The translations under genes were made by a program, and so were the position numbers. A stretch of DNA of 64,000 bases. Source: Tubulanus polymorphus. Taxonomy: Eukaryota > Animalia > Nemertea. The stretch spans positions 11,703,263-11,767,262 of the forward strand of contig NC_134028.1 of NCBI RefSeq assembly GCF_964204645.1. The letters are read 5' to 3'. Of this stretch, positions 1-12,615 are shown piece after piece; the stretch's first letter is position 1, and each line of letters opens with the position of its first letter. The notes under the pieces were generated by a model. That model did not search any database. It was not told where the DNA came from and was given only the letters and a program-made list of their open reading frames with translations.

Positions 1-270
1 TTCAGAAGTATTTTCATTTTTAATAGTAGTAGTTTCAGAATTATTGATATTATAAATTTTATTTGATTTTTTATACCAACTACACCCAATCAAAATGAAT
101 ACAATTACAAATCCAGTTGTAAAATATAAATATTTATTAAATATTCTATTATCAGAAGGAGTAGAAATAACAATATTTTCACCATTTTTATTTACATCTT
201 TATTATTTATTTTTTCTTTTACAGCTTTTTAAAATTCTCTTCATTTAATTCCTAATTGCCGAGACCATTC
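1..270 (-). pseudogene. Small membrane protein remnant, homolog of 34999..35367
   Basis: WSRQLG motif and a hydrophobic FTTGFVIVFILIGCSWY-like segment on the minus strand; frame disrupted. Confidence 0.6.
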
Positions 271-874
271 AATTTGTTTCTGTGATCTCGGTTTTTTCTT
301 CACAGTTAATCCTTTCATCTCTTCCACTTCGCCCATTTATTGTAGAAAAATTTTTACTTTCAATATTTGAAAATGTTATAACTCCAGTTGATAATAATGT
401 CATAAATCCACCTAATTGAAATGATAAATATCCAATCCATTTATTTAATTCAGTCATAACTAAATAATCATTTTTTAAATCGGAATATAATCTATTTTCA
501 TCTTCAATTGGTAGCATATATTTACATAATTTACTATAACCTTTTACTACATTTTCTGATAACACATAGTTAATTCTAGCTATTCTCGCAGTTTCGTAAA
601 TCTTAAATAATTTAATAATTTGATCTGGTTTCATTGTATCTAATTCATTATAAGATAAATTTTTACCAATAAAAGTTTTACATTTTCCAGATGCTATTAA
701 TATTTCTAATTGATGTTTGCAATAAAGATAATATTCATAATTATTATTTGTTGTAACATCATTTAAAGCACCATCATCTGGAGTTAATTTTGTTTCTGTT
801 ATTCCTAAATCATCCGAAATTTTTTCAATTGGAACATCACTATTTTTAGATTTTATTTTCTTTTCACCTCCCAT
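269..874 (-). CDS. Polinton conserved hypothetical protein (homolog of 34407..35006)
   Basis: Shares YEYYLYCKH, LYSDLKNDYLVMTEL and STGVITFSNI blocks with copies B and C. Confidence 0.8.
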   Translation of the reverse strand: MGGEKKIKSKNSDVPIEKISDDLGITETKLTPDDGALNDVTTNNNYEYYLYCKHQLEILIASGKCKTFIGKNLSYNELDTMKPDQIIKLFKIYETARIARINYVLSENVVKGYSKLCKYMLPIEDENRLYSDLKNDYLVMTELNKWIGYLSFQLGGFMTLLSTGVITFSNIESKNFSTINGRSGRDERINCEEKTEITETN

Positions 875-1083
875 TCATATAACAAAAAATCAATTGTGTT
901 GTTGCAACTAGAATTTAACGAGAATGTAACTGAAAATATACTAGATTAACAAGCTGGTTTAAATATTATTGTTTTTATTTATTTCATCTGTTGAATTTCA
1001 TTTGATTTTTATTTCAACTACCAATTACTAGAATTCAAATAGAATGTTACTTAAGATATAATAGATTAGCAAGCTAGTTGAAT

Positions 1084-1692
1084 TTAAATAAATTCATATT
1101 TAAATGGATGTTGTAATCGAAATAGTAATTTTGATCTTTTATTATTTTTCAATTTATCCACATATTCATTATGTAAATCATGTGGAATAATATCATTTTC
1201 CTCAAGTGCATTTTTCATCGATTTTCTATCTTTATAGTAGAATAAAACTAAAAATCTAATGTTTTCTCTAAAATCTTTAACAATTGAATTATATTTTTGA
1301 TTTATAACCCATGTTGTTATCCCAAAATGTCTCCCAGAGAAAGCTAAATAGCATAACTCACTTTCTCTAACTTTTGAATCATGTAGATTAGCACAATCAT
1401 CTATGATAAATAATGTATTAGATCCTTTATATATATCAATTGCTATTTTAATACAATTATCTAAATTTTCTTTAACTGTTTTAGGATCTAATATAATAAA
1501 TTTATTATTTCTAGTAATATTTCTATCATAAGGTTGATTAACTTCATATGTTGGACAAAATAATACTATATTATCAAAATAGTTTTTATAAATAGTTTCT
1601 AATAAATCTAATATAAAATAAGTTTTTCCACAATTTGTTACACCAGAAATTTACATATTATGAGGCTCAAATATAAATAATTCCTTATTCAT
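1084..1692 (-). pseudogene. A32/FtsK-like packaging ATPase, copy A, with nonsense codon
   Basis: Walker A GVTNCGKT, Walker B FIIDD and SGRHFG read on the minus strand; stop codon just before Walker A. Confidence 0.85.
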
Positions 1693-2810
1693 TTATATAT
1701 TTTTAATTTTACTTGATAATAACCATTCATTAAATTTATCTGGCCATCCAACCCATTTTACTAAAGAATATTTTTTTCTATTAACAGTTTTTGTTTTCAA
1801 TACTTTTTCAAATTTATATTCTTGTTCTAGATTTTCAGTAGTTAAACTTAATTCTTCTTCATAAAAATACCCATCAACTTCTTCACCATCTAAATCTTCT
1901 AATTTATAGACATATGGTTTTGTTGTTATTACCTTTTTTATTTTATATATTTCTCTAGTAAAATTACGATCGTATCCTTTGTCAAATATCTTTCTATACT
2001 TAGAAATTCTAACATTTTGACCAACTTTAAATTTAGGTTCACTAAAATCATCTACAAAAAAATGCTCCATATAAATTATTTCAAACAATTTCAGCATTTT
2101 CAGGTTTTCTAGCGTCGATAGGTTTCATTCCAACAGAAGAATGATAAGAATTATTATAACCTTCCATCAATTTTGGTAAAACATCAATCCATTTAAAAGT
2201 GTTATTTGCTGTAAAATATTTCCACATTCTTGTTCTTAATGTTCTATTAAATCGTTCAACAACTACCGTTTTTTTATCCGATTTTATTGAAAATTTTCAA
2301 TATTATGATCATCTAAGATTTCAAGAACTACTGAATTATCAAAGTCTTTTCCATCATCAAATTGTATTCTTTCTGGCTTTATTTTACCACCTGAAAATTT
2401 TTTTTACACTAATGATGTTTGTGCAGCATCTTTTCTATAAAGTGGGAAGCTCCATACATAACGACTAAAAATATCAATTATGTTCAAGATCCACCAATAA
2501 TCATCATTATCTTTCTCAACATTTTTCATATCAATTAAATCTCCTTGCCACTGTTGATCTACATAACTTAGAAACCATAGTTTTACGAGTTTTATATTTT
2601 CTAACAATTTTTTTAAGTGTTGTATATGTTGGTTGTTCTAACATAAATTCACTTATATCTTTATACTTAACTAAATTTTGTGGGATTATCTTATCTAATT
2701 TATCTTGTTTTACTTGACGCCATATATTTTTGGTAGAAGAATAAGCAACCGAACGCTCAGGGTTGTAATATAAATTTCTTAAATATTGTTCTTTAGTATT
2801 AGGAGTTTTA
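1693..2810 (-). pseudogene. Polinton rve integrase with C-terminal chromodomain, copy A, frameshifted
   Basis: QWQGDLIDM, IDIFSRY, VERFNRT, PKFKVGQNVRIS and chromo-like LVKWVGWPDKFNEW fragments. Confidence 0.88.
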
Positions 2811-2827
2811 ATTTTAACTTTATATTT

Positions 2828-3680
2828 CTAATATTGAATACTATCTAATTGAGAATTTATAATATTTAATTGCGCGTCAGATATAATATAAATGTGCATT
2901 TTGAAATTTTTGTCTCCTTTTTTCTTTTTCATGAATAATTGTATTCCATCGTTAGTGTTCTGTAATTTCTTCCGAGAACCATGTAATGAATTATCCTCTG
3001 TTGTTCTCAAATTTAACCATAATGCTTATTTATTGCCGGTATAGTAATCAATTTGATTAATATTACAATTTTCAGATGATTTTACGTTTTCATTCATAAA
3101 ATGTTTTCTAATTTCTGGCCACTGATCTATCATTCTCATTCCTTGACAAAATATTTTATTTGCTATACCTTCAATAGTTATTTCTACCTTTGATATTCCA
3201 GGATTAAAATAATTATTTACATTTATTGCACCATTAGAATATGTTGCAATTGTAAAAAGTATTAATATACCTTTAATAGCTCTTCTTGGGAAGTTAATAT
3301 TCTCATTAATTATTTCATCATTTGCATTGATAGTTACAGTTTTAAATTTATCAATATAATCATATAATAATGAAAATCCTTGATAATATTGAGTTTGAAT
3401 TATGCTAGCAATATTTTCATAAGTTACTGTATCATATTCTAAACATATATTCGATAATCTATAACCCATATCTTTAACTACACTTGATAGCACAATTTCA
3501 TTAACAGGAGCAAATGTTATTTCGAATATAATATCTTCGTGTATAGCATATTTATATAAAGGCGCATTATAATTTATCAATTCAAAATCTAATGGAATTT
3601 TATATTTGCTTCCATAAATCTTTTTCATCAAATTATCTATGCCATTAGTTACTATTGCGTTTTCAGCTTCTGATCTTAAT
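2828..3680 (-). pseudogene. Putative major capsid protein, C-terminal part, copy A
   Basis: Nearly identical to 38397..39287 and 17833..18543. Confidence 0.75.
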
Positions 3681-3735
3681 TAGGGTTTCTGCTGCCTCGG
3701 CAGAAATCCTATTGGATTCCTGCTGATTATTATTT
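3680..3735 (+). mobile_element. End of a HINE/DINE-1-like (non-autonomous Helentron) element
   Basis: TAGGGTTTCTG...CAGAAATCCTATTG hairpin followed by CTGCTGATTATTATT; the same motif recurs at 62329-62440. Confidence 0.5.
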
Positions 3736-5499
3736 TAACATATTTTCCACTCAGTTTCGTCACAAAAAAAATCATCTTCTATTAGATTTGACTACTAACA
3801 ACTTTGAAACGAAATGTTAAACTCTGATAATAATATAACAGTCTCTTGCTGCGCGTAGTTTCTATGGATGTACTGTGCTTCCTATTTTAAACTTGAAGTT
3901 ACTTAAAGATAACACCGGTGGAAATAGCAACCATCAATCATGGCGCGCATACTGGCGCGTATCTGAAAGTTTGTGACGTTATTTCATAAATAAATAAAGA
4001 AGGAAGGCTTCGAGAATATCCAAATCACAGGTTACTGTGAATAACTGGGGTTCGACCAATCACAAGTTAAAAATGTACTTCCTTGTTTGTGAAGTAAGTT
4101 TATTCATACTGTTATTAAAATCAGTTCCTCTCAAACATTCTATAGTAGTATAGTTTTGTTCGTGGATATCAATACTTCGAAAAATCAACAGCGGTTTATT
4201 CATTTATTGTACCGGTACGCGTTTTCTTAATTGAATTGAATTGGTCCGGTCCAAAAGGCGGGTCATACTAGTTAGCGTCAGAAAATGTCAGCGTCGGTGA
4301 TACCTTGTTATCGTCGATATTAAACGGTCTAAAGTCAGTTAATAAATCAAAGCTTAGTTGACAAAGAACCGTGAGATGGAGAGGTAACACTTCATATAAA
4401 ATAAAATGTTTTATTTTTTTGCAAAATAACAAGCTAATTTTTTTTACAACTTGAATCTTGAATAGTTCAGATGTTCCGTCGTACATCTATCTACGTTATG
4501 GTTTCCCGTGAACGTCGTAATTTTTGTTGTAAGTTTAATGCTTCTCGCCAGATCATTACCTTGACAAGAGGCCCTGAAGGTAAAAAAGAGAAAATATATG
4601 TTTTTCTGATGCTTCTGTATTCCATTGCCCTAGCAAACTCATTAATGACCAAATACTGTGAGTTGCTAAATTACGCTAAATATTAAGTTCGTTCGTATCA
4701 TCTCGAAATTTCAGCCTGGCCACCCTCAAGAAATGTTTTAAACGCCTGTGCAATGTTCTATCAAAATCATTGAAGAAACTGTTTTCATGCACAAACATGC
4801 ATTGTAGCGACAGATAAGAAGACAAAGCAATTCAAACCCACCGTTCATATCGCTAAATCAGGTCTTTAATTATGTTGTTATAACTTTATTCGGAAATAAT
4901 TCAGTAATCGCACATTCGCTATTAAAATAGCTTCAGGACAGCCGAAAATGTGGAGAGCTTTCAATTGGCAAGCTGGTGCTGTCATCATAAATCGGTATTG
5001 CCCAATCGCAAGGCCAGTGAATCCATTGAGTAAAAAGTGGAGGGATGGAAGATTATTTTTTTCCCCTAATAACCTATAGTAGCAAACGATATGGCTGAAA
5101 GAAGTTAGTATTCCGATTCAGCAGGCATTTTTTTTACAAACGAGGTCCAGTCATGAAAAAATAAAGGTCAGTTAATAGGATATATATTGTGATTCGTTAA
5201 TTCATCAGGAGAAACTGAAGACTTACCTCCCTCCCTCGTACATGTACCATACCCGACGACTGGTGGAAGTTAATACGCTACGGTTTTTTCGAGTATCTTG
5301 ACGTCGACGGTACTCTTATTTCAAGAGTCAGTGACCAAAGTATAAAAATGTAACGTGCTTTTCCGCCATTTGTTTTCTTAACAGTAATCGTCAATACACA
5401 GCTTGATATTTTACAAAATGGATCTATTTTAGCGAGGATCCACCTGTCATTCTACACAGCGTTAAGCGCAAACGCATCTGCTAATGATTATTCATTCCA

Positions 5500-6420
5500 G
5501 GTCAAGTGAAACTATATTAAAACTAAGGAAATTTTCTAATTATCTAAAATTTTACAGCTTAGATCAATCACATCGCAACGAAATTCGCACAATAGCGAGG
5601 GTTAGGCTATTTGAATCACCTGCAACAAGAAATACGACCAGGTCTATCACTGTTTCAAAATGTGGCTTGTTAACACCACTTTCTAGCAATATTGGCACAA
5701 GACCACAAGACCGTTGGCATAAGAAGCGAACCATAGGTTCGCTAACAAAGAATATCTCATTGTGGTTGATTGTTACCCATGTTACCCTGAAGCTGTGTGC
5801 ACACATTCGAGACAAAACTGGTAAGTTGGTTATAAATGGTATGAAAGGTCTATTTTCTAAGCATGGTATACCCCAGGAGGTATTTTCTGACAATGGTCCA
5901 TGTTACAGTTCTGTTACAGGATCAGTTAAAACCTGATTATAGTAAAGAAGTTGTTAAAATGAAAGAATCACAAAAGAAAACTCAGAAACTGTATTATGAT
6001 AAAGGTACAAGGTCAACGTGTTCCCTAAAACAAGGTGATACTGTTAGAATTACAGATGGTAAAACACAGAGGTGGTCACAGAAAGGTGTCATTGTGGGAA
6101 AAGTTGCCCCAAGGTCATATCTTGTGAAAACCGAAACTGGTGTTTATCGTAGAAATAGGGTTGCATTGCTTTCCACAAAAGAGAAGCCACCAACCCTGAA
6201 CGCACCCACTGGCCTGACATAGTTCATCTGATGTAACAGGTGCTAGTAACACTGCTAGCAACCAGGATTCGCAACACACGCTGGCACATCATGGTGGTGA
6301 AAATGCTCATGTCCCAGTCCCTCAAGCAACCACTACACCAGTTGTAACAAACCCAAGTGTTGGTCCCAGAAGGTCAGAAAGGGTTATTAAGAAACGGAAA
6401 CATTTATTGAAAAGAACTAG
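5500..6420 (+). pseudogene. Ty3/Gypsy integrase remnant
   Basis: FSKHGIPQEVFSDNGP rve core, then QKLYYDK...GDTV...PRSYLV...YRRNR C-terminal motifs; internal deletion. Confidence 0.85.
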
Positions 6421-6430
6421 TGTTAACTGG

Positions 6431-7092
6431 ACGTATCGGCCCCACTCCGCGCGGTTGCGCCACCGCGCGGTATTTACGCGAAGCTGCAGAACACCAAAGT
6501 GGCCACTCTCTCAATTTTCAATGATAGAAATCGTGTGTGCATTTCAATTATTTCGGCTGTTAGGGTTTTAAGGCACAATATAAGTTGATGATGTGATATG
6601 GCGATGTTAATTAATGATAATTCCGCAGTGAAGCTAGTCACGAACGGTGCCGATTGAGTGTACAGCTGCCAAAAACACTGAAATGTGCGTAGTTGCGTAA
6701 CTATTTGCAGTGAATTGCAGACGAAATATGAAGCCTTAGCGGCCGTTTAAAAAAAATTATACCAATCGCAATTGTAAAATAAAAATGAGATAGAACCTAA
6801 GTTAAAATTCTGACTATTTCTAAAATGTTATAACTAATTTTTAGTCAGTGCGGAACGTTTAGTTTTCCAACAATAATGAGGGTTGGAAGGTAGTCATGCA
6901 ATTCAATTCAATTTATTACACGTTACTTCCGTGTTGTTGAAAATCTCGTGAGTCCTGGACCAAACCCAAATGAACAATGTGATCTGTGTGCTGGCCACAA
7001 ATGCACACAGATCAGACTACACTACCCATTACACACTCCAGTACCCACAGCTTTCATATATCCATCCAAATATTTAGTGTCTTTCTTCCTGG
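6431..7092. mobile_element. TIR-less ~660-bp non-coding element, copy 1
   Basis: Highly similar to 26960-27625 and 28821-29485 in inverse orientation; flanked by CTGG/CTGG; GC-rich stem near one end. Confidence 0.85.
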
Positions 7093-7202
7093 TTGTTACA
7101 TGTTTACCAGTCGAGTGTACAAGTACAGACTTTGAATCTAAGTACTGATATTATTATTGTATCATTGTATAGTTTTATTTGTTTGCAATCTTGTTTATTA
7201 TT

Positions 7203-7312
7203 AAAGAAAGGGAGATGTCATGGATTTGACTTTCTCGTGCTGCCACCTACAATCTGAAAATATCTGTATTATGGGTAATCATCATGGCGTCGTAATAAAC
7301 GAATCTATAACA
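7203..7312 (+). repeat. Gypsy polypurine tract and probable short 3' LTR
   Basis: AAAGAAAGGGAGA (7203-7215) immediately followed by TGTCA; AATAAA at ~7294 and CA at 7312. The partner LTR was not found. Confidence 0.5.
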
Positions 7313-7358
7313 TCGTTAATCAAGAATTTATTCCGTCTTAATCTCGGTCTTAATCGAC

Positions 7359-7949
7359 AGTAATAGGGGTTTAGTTGTTCTATACCAAAGGTCGAACGGT
7401 CGAGCTCATTAAAAAACAAATATTAAAAGTAATTTAAAACTATAATATAATTTCATAGCCGTGTGCATTTTATATTTTAACTAAATATTTATTCTAAGAT
7501 ATTAATAATTTAAATTTTAAAAGCATATTGTATTAAATCAATTGGTCGCTCCGCTTCGCTGCCGCTCCACTCCGCGACAAATTGATTTATTTACAATACA
7601 CAAATTCATATAATCAAATATATTTTAATAATAATAATTATTCTATTATTCAACTGAAATACACACGGTTATGAAAATATATTATAGTTTTAAATTACTT
7701 TTAATATTTGTTTTTAATGAACTCGACCATTCAACCTTTAGTATAGAACAACTAAACCCCTATTACTCTTAAAATATTTATATATATGAATAACATTTAA
7801 ATTGACAGATTATTCAATATAAAAGTGTTAGTGAAGTGTGAGCTCTTATAGAATAGATATATAGATATATTTTAAACATTATTTCAATATTTATATTTGT
7901 ATGAGTTAGATTTTTAAACATTAAAAGTGTTAGTAAAGTGTGATTGAAA
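7359..7949 (+). repeat. Left TIR of copy B, including a terminal imperfect palindrome at 7359-7767
   Basis: Reverse complement of 25273-25881. The first ~110 nt are repeated in inverted form ending at 7767. Confidence 0.93.
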
Positions 7950-8010
7950 TAATACATATATAAATCATTGAACTTCTAAAATCAATTTAAAAAAAAAATT
8001 TACGATTAAA

Positions 8011-11000
8011 ATGGAAGCAAATAAGTACTACTGTTCAACATGTAATATCAATATAGATAAATCCCAAAAATCAAGACACAATAAAACTAAAACACATTTA
8101 GAGAATAAATTGAAACTAAAATATAAAGATGATATATTAGAAACTAAATTAGATGAATTAAAGAATGAAAAAGAAACATACAAATGTGATACATGTAATC
8201 AATCATTCAGTGATAAAAGATATTATAATGAACATTTAAAATCTAAAAGTCATATTAGAAATATGAATAATGATATTTTAGGTGAGGGTTATTTTGATAA
8301 TGATAACGGTAAGAAACATAAGACAATAAAAGAATAAGAAATAAATTAAACAATAAAAGACCATACATGGAAGATGTAAGAAATTATATTAATTCATTAG
8401 ATAATAAAAAAGATATAGAGATAACCGAAGCATATAAAAGTGATATTGGCCCAGCAGCTATTGAGTTTAAATTTCATAAAGGAAAAGCATTAGAAGAAAA
8501 TAAAAAACATTTAGAAAATATGAAAAATATTATAAAAATAATAACTGATGTTGAATACCCTAAAATTAGTATATCTTCTAAAGTAAAGTTTATAAAATCT
8601 GAAGATAAACCAATATATAATATAATCTTCATTCACAACATATTATATCTAAACAACATATAGATGATAAATTAGATAAATGTTATATTGAAGTAAAAAC
8701 TAAAATAGAAGAGAAATATTTTGAAGGATCAGGTTTAATATTTGATGAAATAATATTTATGACTTTACATGTTTATAACACAAAATATAATAAGTTAACT
8801 AAATCAAAACCAATTGATGAAAATAATGTATCATATTATAAAGAACCAGATATTGAAGCATCGAGTTATATTAAACTACCATTTAAAACGAATGCTGTAA
8901 TAAATGTACAAAATTTTGATGATAAATGTTTTCTATGGACAATTATAAGTTGCTTACATCCAACAGAAGATATTACACATAGTTTTAGATTATCTCATTA
9001 TAAACCATTTGAAAATAATTATAAGATAGATAATTATCCTGTTAGAATTAAAAACATCCCAAAAATAGAAAGAGATAATAATATTAAGATAAATGTGTTT
9101 TATTTACTCAAATTACCAAATACAAAAGGTAACAATATAAAACATTATACATTAGAACCTTTATACCTATCGAAAGATTATGATTCAAACGATGTTATAG
9201 ATATATTATATTATGAGAATCATTATATGTGGAATAAAGAATTGATTTATGTTTTAAATCAGAAAATGATTTTGATAATAAAATATATCTATGTAGAAAA
9301 TGTTTACATAAATTCAGAACTGAAAGTGCATTATTAAATCATAAACAATTATGTGAAAATCATGATTATTGTAAATTAGTTTTACCAAATGAAAAAGATA
9401 AAATATTAGAATTCAAAAAATATGATTACAAAAATAAAGTACCATTTGTAATATATAGAGATTTTGAATCATTAAGTAAAGAACTAACTGATCAAGATAG
9501 AAAAGAAATATATTATAAAAGAAAGAAATTAAATTCTAATGAAAATGATTTCTCAGAAGAACCACCAATAACAAATACAATTAAAAAGATTCATCAATCA
9601 GCTGCAGCTTTCGGGTTATATATTAAATCTGATTATCCAGAACTAATTAAAAGTGAATATTATCATTATAGAAATGAAAATGTTATCAATCATTTTTGTG
9701 ACTTATCAATTGAATATGAAATAAGATTTAGTAAATTATTGAATACAAATAAAGAAATTATAATGACAGAAAAAGATAAAGAAGAATTTGTGTTTGCAGG
9801 TAAATGTTATTATTGTGAAAAGATATTTAATTATGAAGATAAAAAAGTAAGAGACCATGATCATTTGAATGGAAAGTTTAGAGGCGCTGCACATGAGAAT
9901 TGTAACTTACAAGCTAAGAAAAAAATTAACTTTGTACCAGTTATATTTCATAATCTATCAGGATATGATGCACATTTATTTATCAAACAGTTATGCCTTA
10001 AAATAGAAGTAATCAATAATGAAAAAGAAAGATTAAATTCAAATAGATCAAAAGATAAAGTACCAACTTATAAATTTAAAATGTTAGCTAGAACATCTGA
10101 GAATTATATATCATTCCAATTTGGCTGCCTAAGATTTATAGATTCATATAGATTTTTAAACAGTTCATTAGATAACTTATCAAAATCATTAGTTGATGAA
10201 CTTAAAAAGGAACAATTTTATGATGAATTAAAAAATGAACATGTTAAAGATGGAGTTTTTGAAAGAACGATTAATATATGGAATCATTTTAGAATAAAAA
10301 ACTATGGTAAATTAGTAGATTTGTATCTAAAATCTGATGTTTTATTATTATCGGATATATTTGAAAGGTTTAGAGATGTAAATCTAAAATATTTCAATAT
10401 TGATCCATGTCATTGTTATTCAAGTACAGGATTAACATGGGATTGTGGATTAAAATTTACAGATATAAAAATGGATTTGTTAACAAATATAGATCAATTA
10501 TTATTATTTGAAAAATCTATAAGAGGAGGAGTTTCAGGTGTATTAGGAGATAGATATTTCAATGTAAATGATAACCCTGGATATAAGTTATTATATATAG
10601 ATGCAAATAATCTATATGGTTGGGCAATGATGGAACCACAACCTTATGGAGTATTTGAAATAAGTTAAGTTTTACAACATGAAAATAATGATAAATTTGA
10701 TTGGAAGAAAAGAATCCTAGATATTGCAGATGATTCAGATACTGGTTACTTCTTAATAATTATGTAGTACATTATAGAATGTTAAAGTTTTATCTAAAAC
10801 AATGAATGATCCTAAAAAAAGTACATAGATATATTTCATTTAGCCAATCTAAATGGTTAGAAAAATAATTAGATTTTAACACCAAACAGAGAACCGAAGC
10901 TAAAACTGATTTCGAGAAAGATTTCTTCAAGTTAATGAATAATGCATTCTATGGAAAAACTTGTGAAAATATTAGAAACAGAAATGATATTGAGTTAGTT

Positions 11001-11757
11001 AGTAATGGTAAAAGGATAAGGCATTTACAATCATATCCTAAGTTTTTAGGTAACAGAATATTTGATGAAAATTTAGCTGCAGTTAAAATGAGAAGAACAT
11101 CAATGAAATTTAATAAACCAATCTATGTTGGTGCTTCAGTTTTAGAATTATCAAAATTACTAATGTATGAATTCTATTATAATGTATTACAACCACTTTT
11201 TGGAGAAAAACATATAGAAATCTTATATTTTGATACAGATTCTTACATATTAAAGATAAAAACTAATAACATAACCGATGATTTAAAAACATTAAAACAT
11301 CATTTTGATTTTAGTAACTATCCTATACATCATGAATTGTTTAGCAATGATAATAAAAAAGTTCCCGGTAAATTCAAAGATGAATTAGGTGGCGAAGAAA
11401 TGATTGAATTTATTGATATTAGATCTAAAATGTATTCATATAAAACTAAAGAACATAAGGCTAAAAAGTTAAAAGGAATAACCAAAAGTGTAGTAGAAAA
11501 GAATATTCATTTCAAAGATTACATCAATTGTATATTCAATGAAGAAGGTAGAAAACATAAGATGAGATGAAGATCTGAAGATCATGAAATGTTTATTGAA
11601 GACATTGACTAGTCTAAACCCATTTGATGATAAAAGATATATTTTAGATGATGGAATTCATACAGTTGCTTATGGTTGTAATTTAGATGAATACTTAAAA
11701 TTTAAAAGAGAAGAAACAAAAGAGAACGAGATAATGAAAAGAATTCTAACGTGTTAA
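8011..11757 (+). pseudogene. Protein-primed family B DNA polymerase (pPolB) with N-terminal C2H2 fingers and an endonuclease-VII-like insert
   Basis: YIKLP/NVQN.DDKCFLW, DFES, RDHDHLNGKFRGAAHENCNL, FHNLSGYD, YLKSDV, SIRGG, YIDANNLYGWAM, KLMNNAFYGK, YFDTDS, FDDKR; several stops, frameshifts and two short deletions. Confidence 0.95.
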
Positions 11758-11786
11758 TCAAATTTTAATAAAAATATGTATTATAA

Positions 11787-12140
11787 ATGGAGAGTAAACA
11801 AGCAAACAGTGAGAACAACAAATCATTTCTAGATAGAATAAAAGATACTTCAAATGTCAAATCAGTAGATTATAAATTTAAGATGTTAAAAGAATTAATA
11901 ATCCATCAGAAATATCTAATTACAAATATGGATACAGTTACTAACAAATATGAAGATAAATTAGTTATACACTTAGAATATGAAGGATTAAAAGGAAATA
12001 CATATAAATTCAGAACATATTTACCAGATAGATTTCATAGATTATCAAGTGAAGAGCTAGAAGAATTATGTTCTGGAGATTTCTATTTCGTATAAAAAGG
12101 TAAGAATGAAAAGGGGCACCACGAAATAGATTTCGAATAA
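11787..12140 (+). pseudogene. Small hypothetical protein, possibly OB-fold
   Basis: ORF with TAAATG start; probable premature stop at 12093; beta-rich pattern ending YLPDRF. The fold is an inference. Confidence 0.4.
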
Positions 12141-12154
12141 AATATGTAAAATAA

Positions 12155-12615
12155 ATGGTGGAATTAAAAGAATACAGAATATTTGTAGATTCTAGAAGAC
12201 TTACAAATTATAAATCTCATAATTTACTAGTACAATTAGATAGAGAATTTAAGAATTGTGTTGATTTAAAATTAGTTAATATAAGTTTATGTAATTCTTT
12301 TTACAATGTATCGGATAAAACTATTGAACATAGTTTTTTTAATTCATGATAGAAATAAAAGTAAATGGTTTCATCTTTATCTTAAACCAGGATTATATAA
12401 TTTAGATACATTAGCGCAGGAAATTAATAGAAGAGCTCGGTTGAAAATGGGTGCATCTGCTGGATTTGGATAAAGACTGATTAAAAGTGATAGCTCCGAT
12501 TAAATAAGAATAAAATTAGGTAATGAAGATCAACATCAATTTCTAGTTAAAAAACCTTTAGCTAAAATTTTAGGAATAACCCCAGATGTAGGGATACGCA
12601 ATGCTGATGCTATAC
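12155..12615 (+). pseudogene. Putative minor capsid (penton) protein, N-terminal part
   Basis: IFVDSR...L.REFKN.V.LKLV...NSFYNV followed by LKPGYYNLDTLAQEI, a pattern typical of polinton/virophage pentons; cut by the duplication at 12616. Confidence 0.6.

Larger units (their letters stand above)
1..3680 (-). mobile_element. Polinton/Maverick copy A, truncated (MCP, integrase, ATPase, two small genes)
   Basis: Its ORFs are homologous to those of copies B and C. The MCP is cut at ~3680 by an unrelated hairpin-bearing element. The other end lies outside the window. Confidence 0.88.

Noticed and set aside
9790-9915. Endonuclease-VII-like domain within pPolB as a novelty
   Set aside because: Already a known feature of one major Polinton polymerase group.
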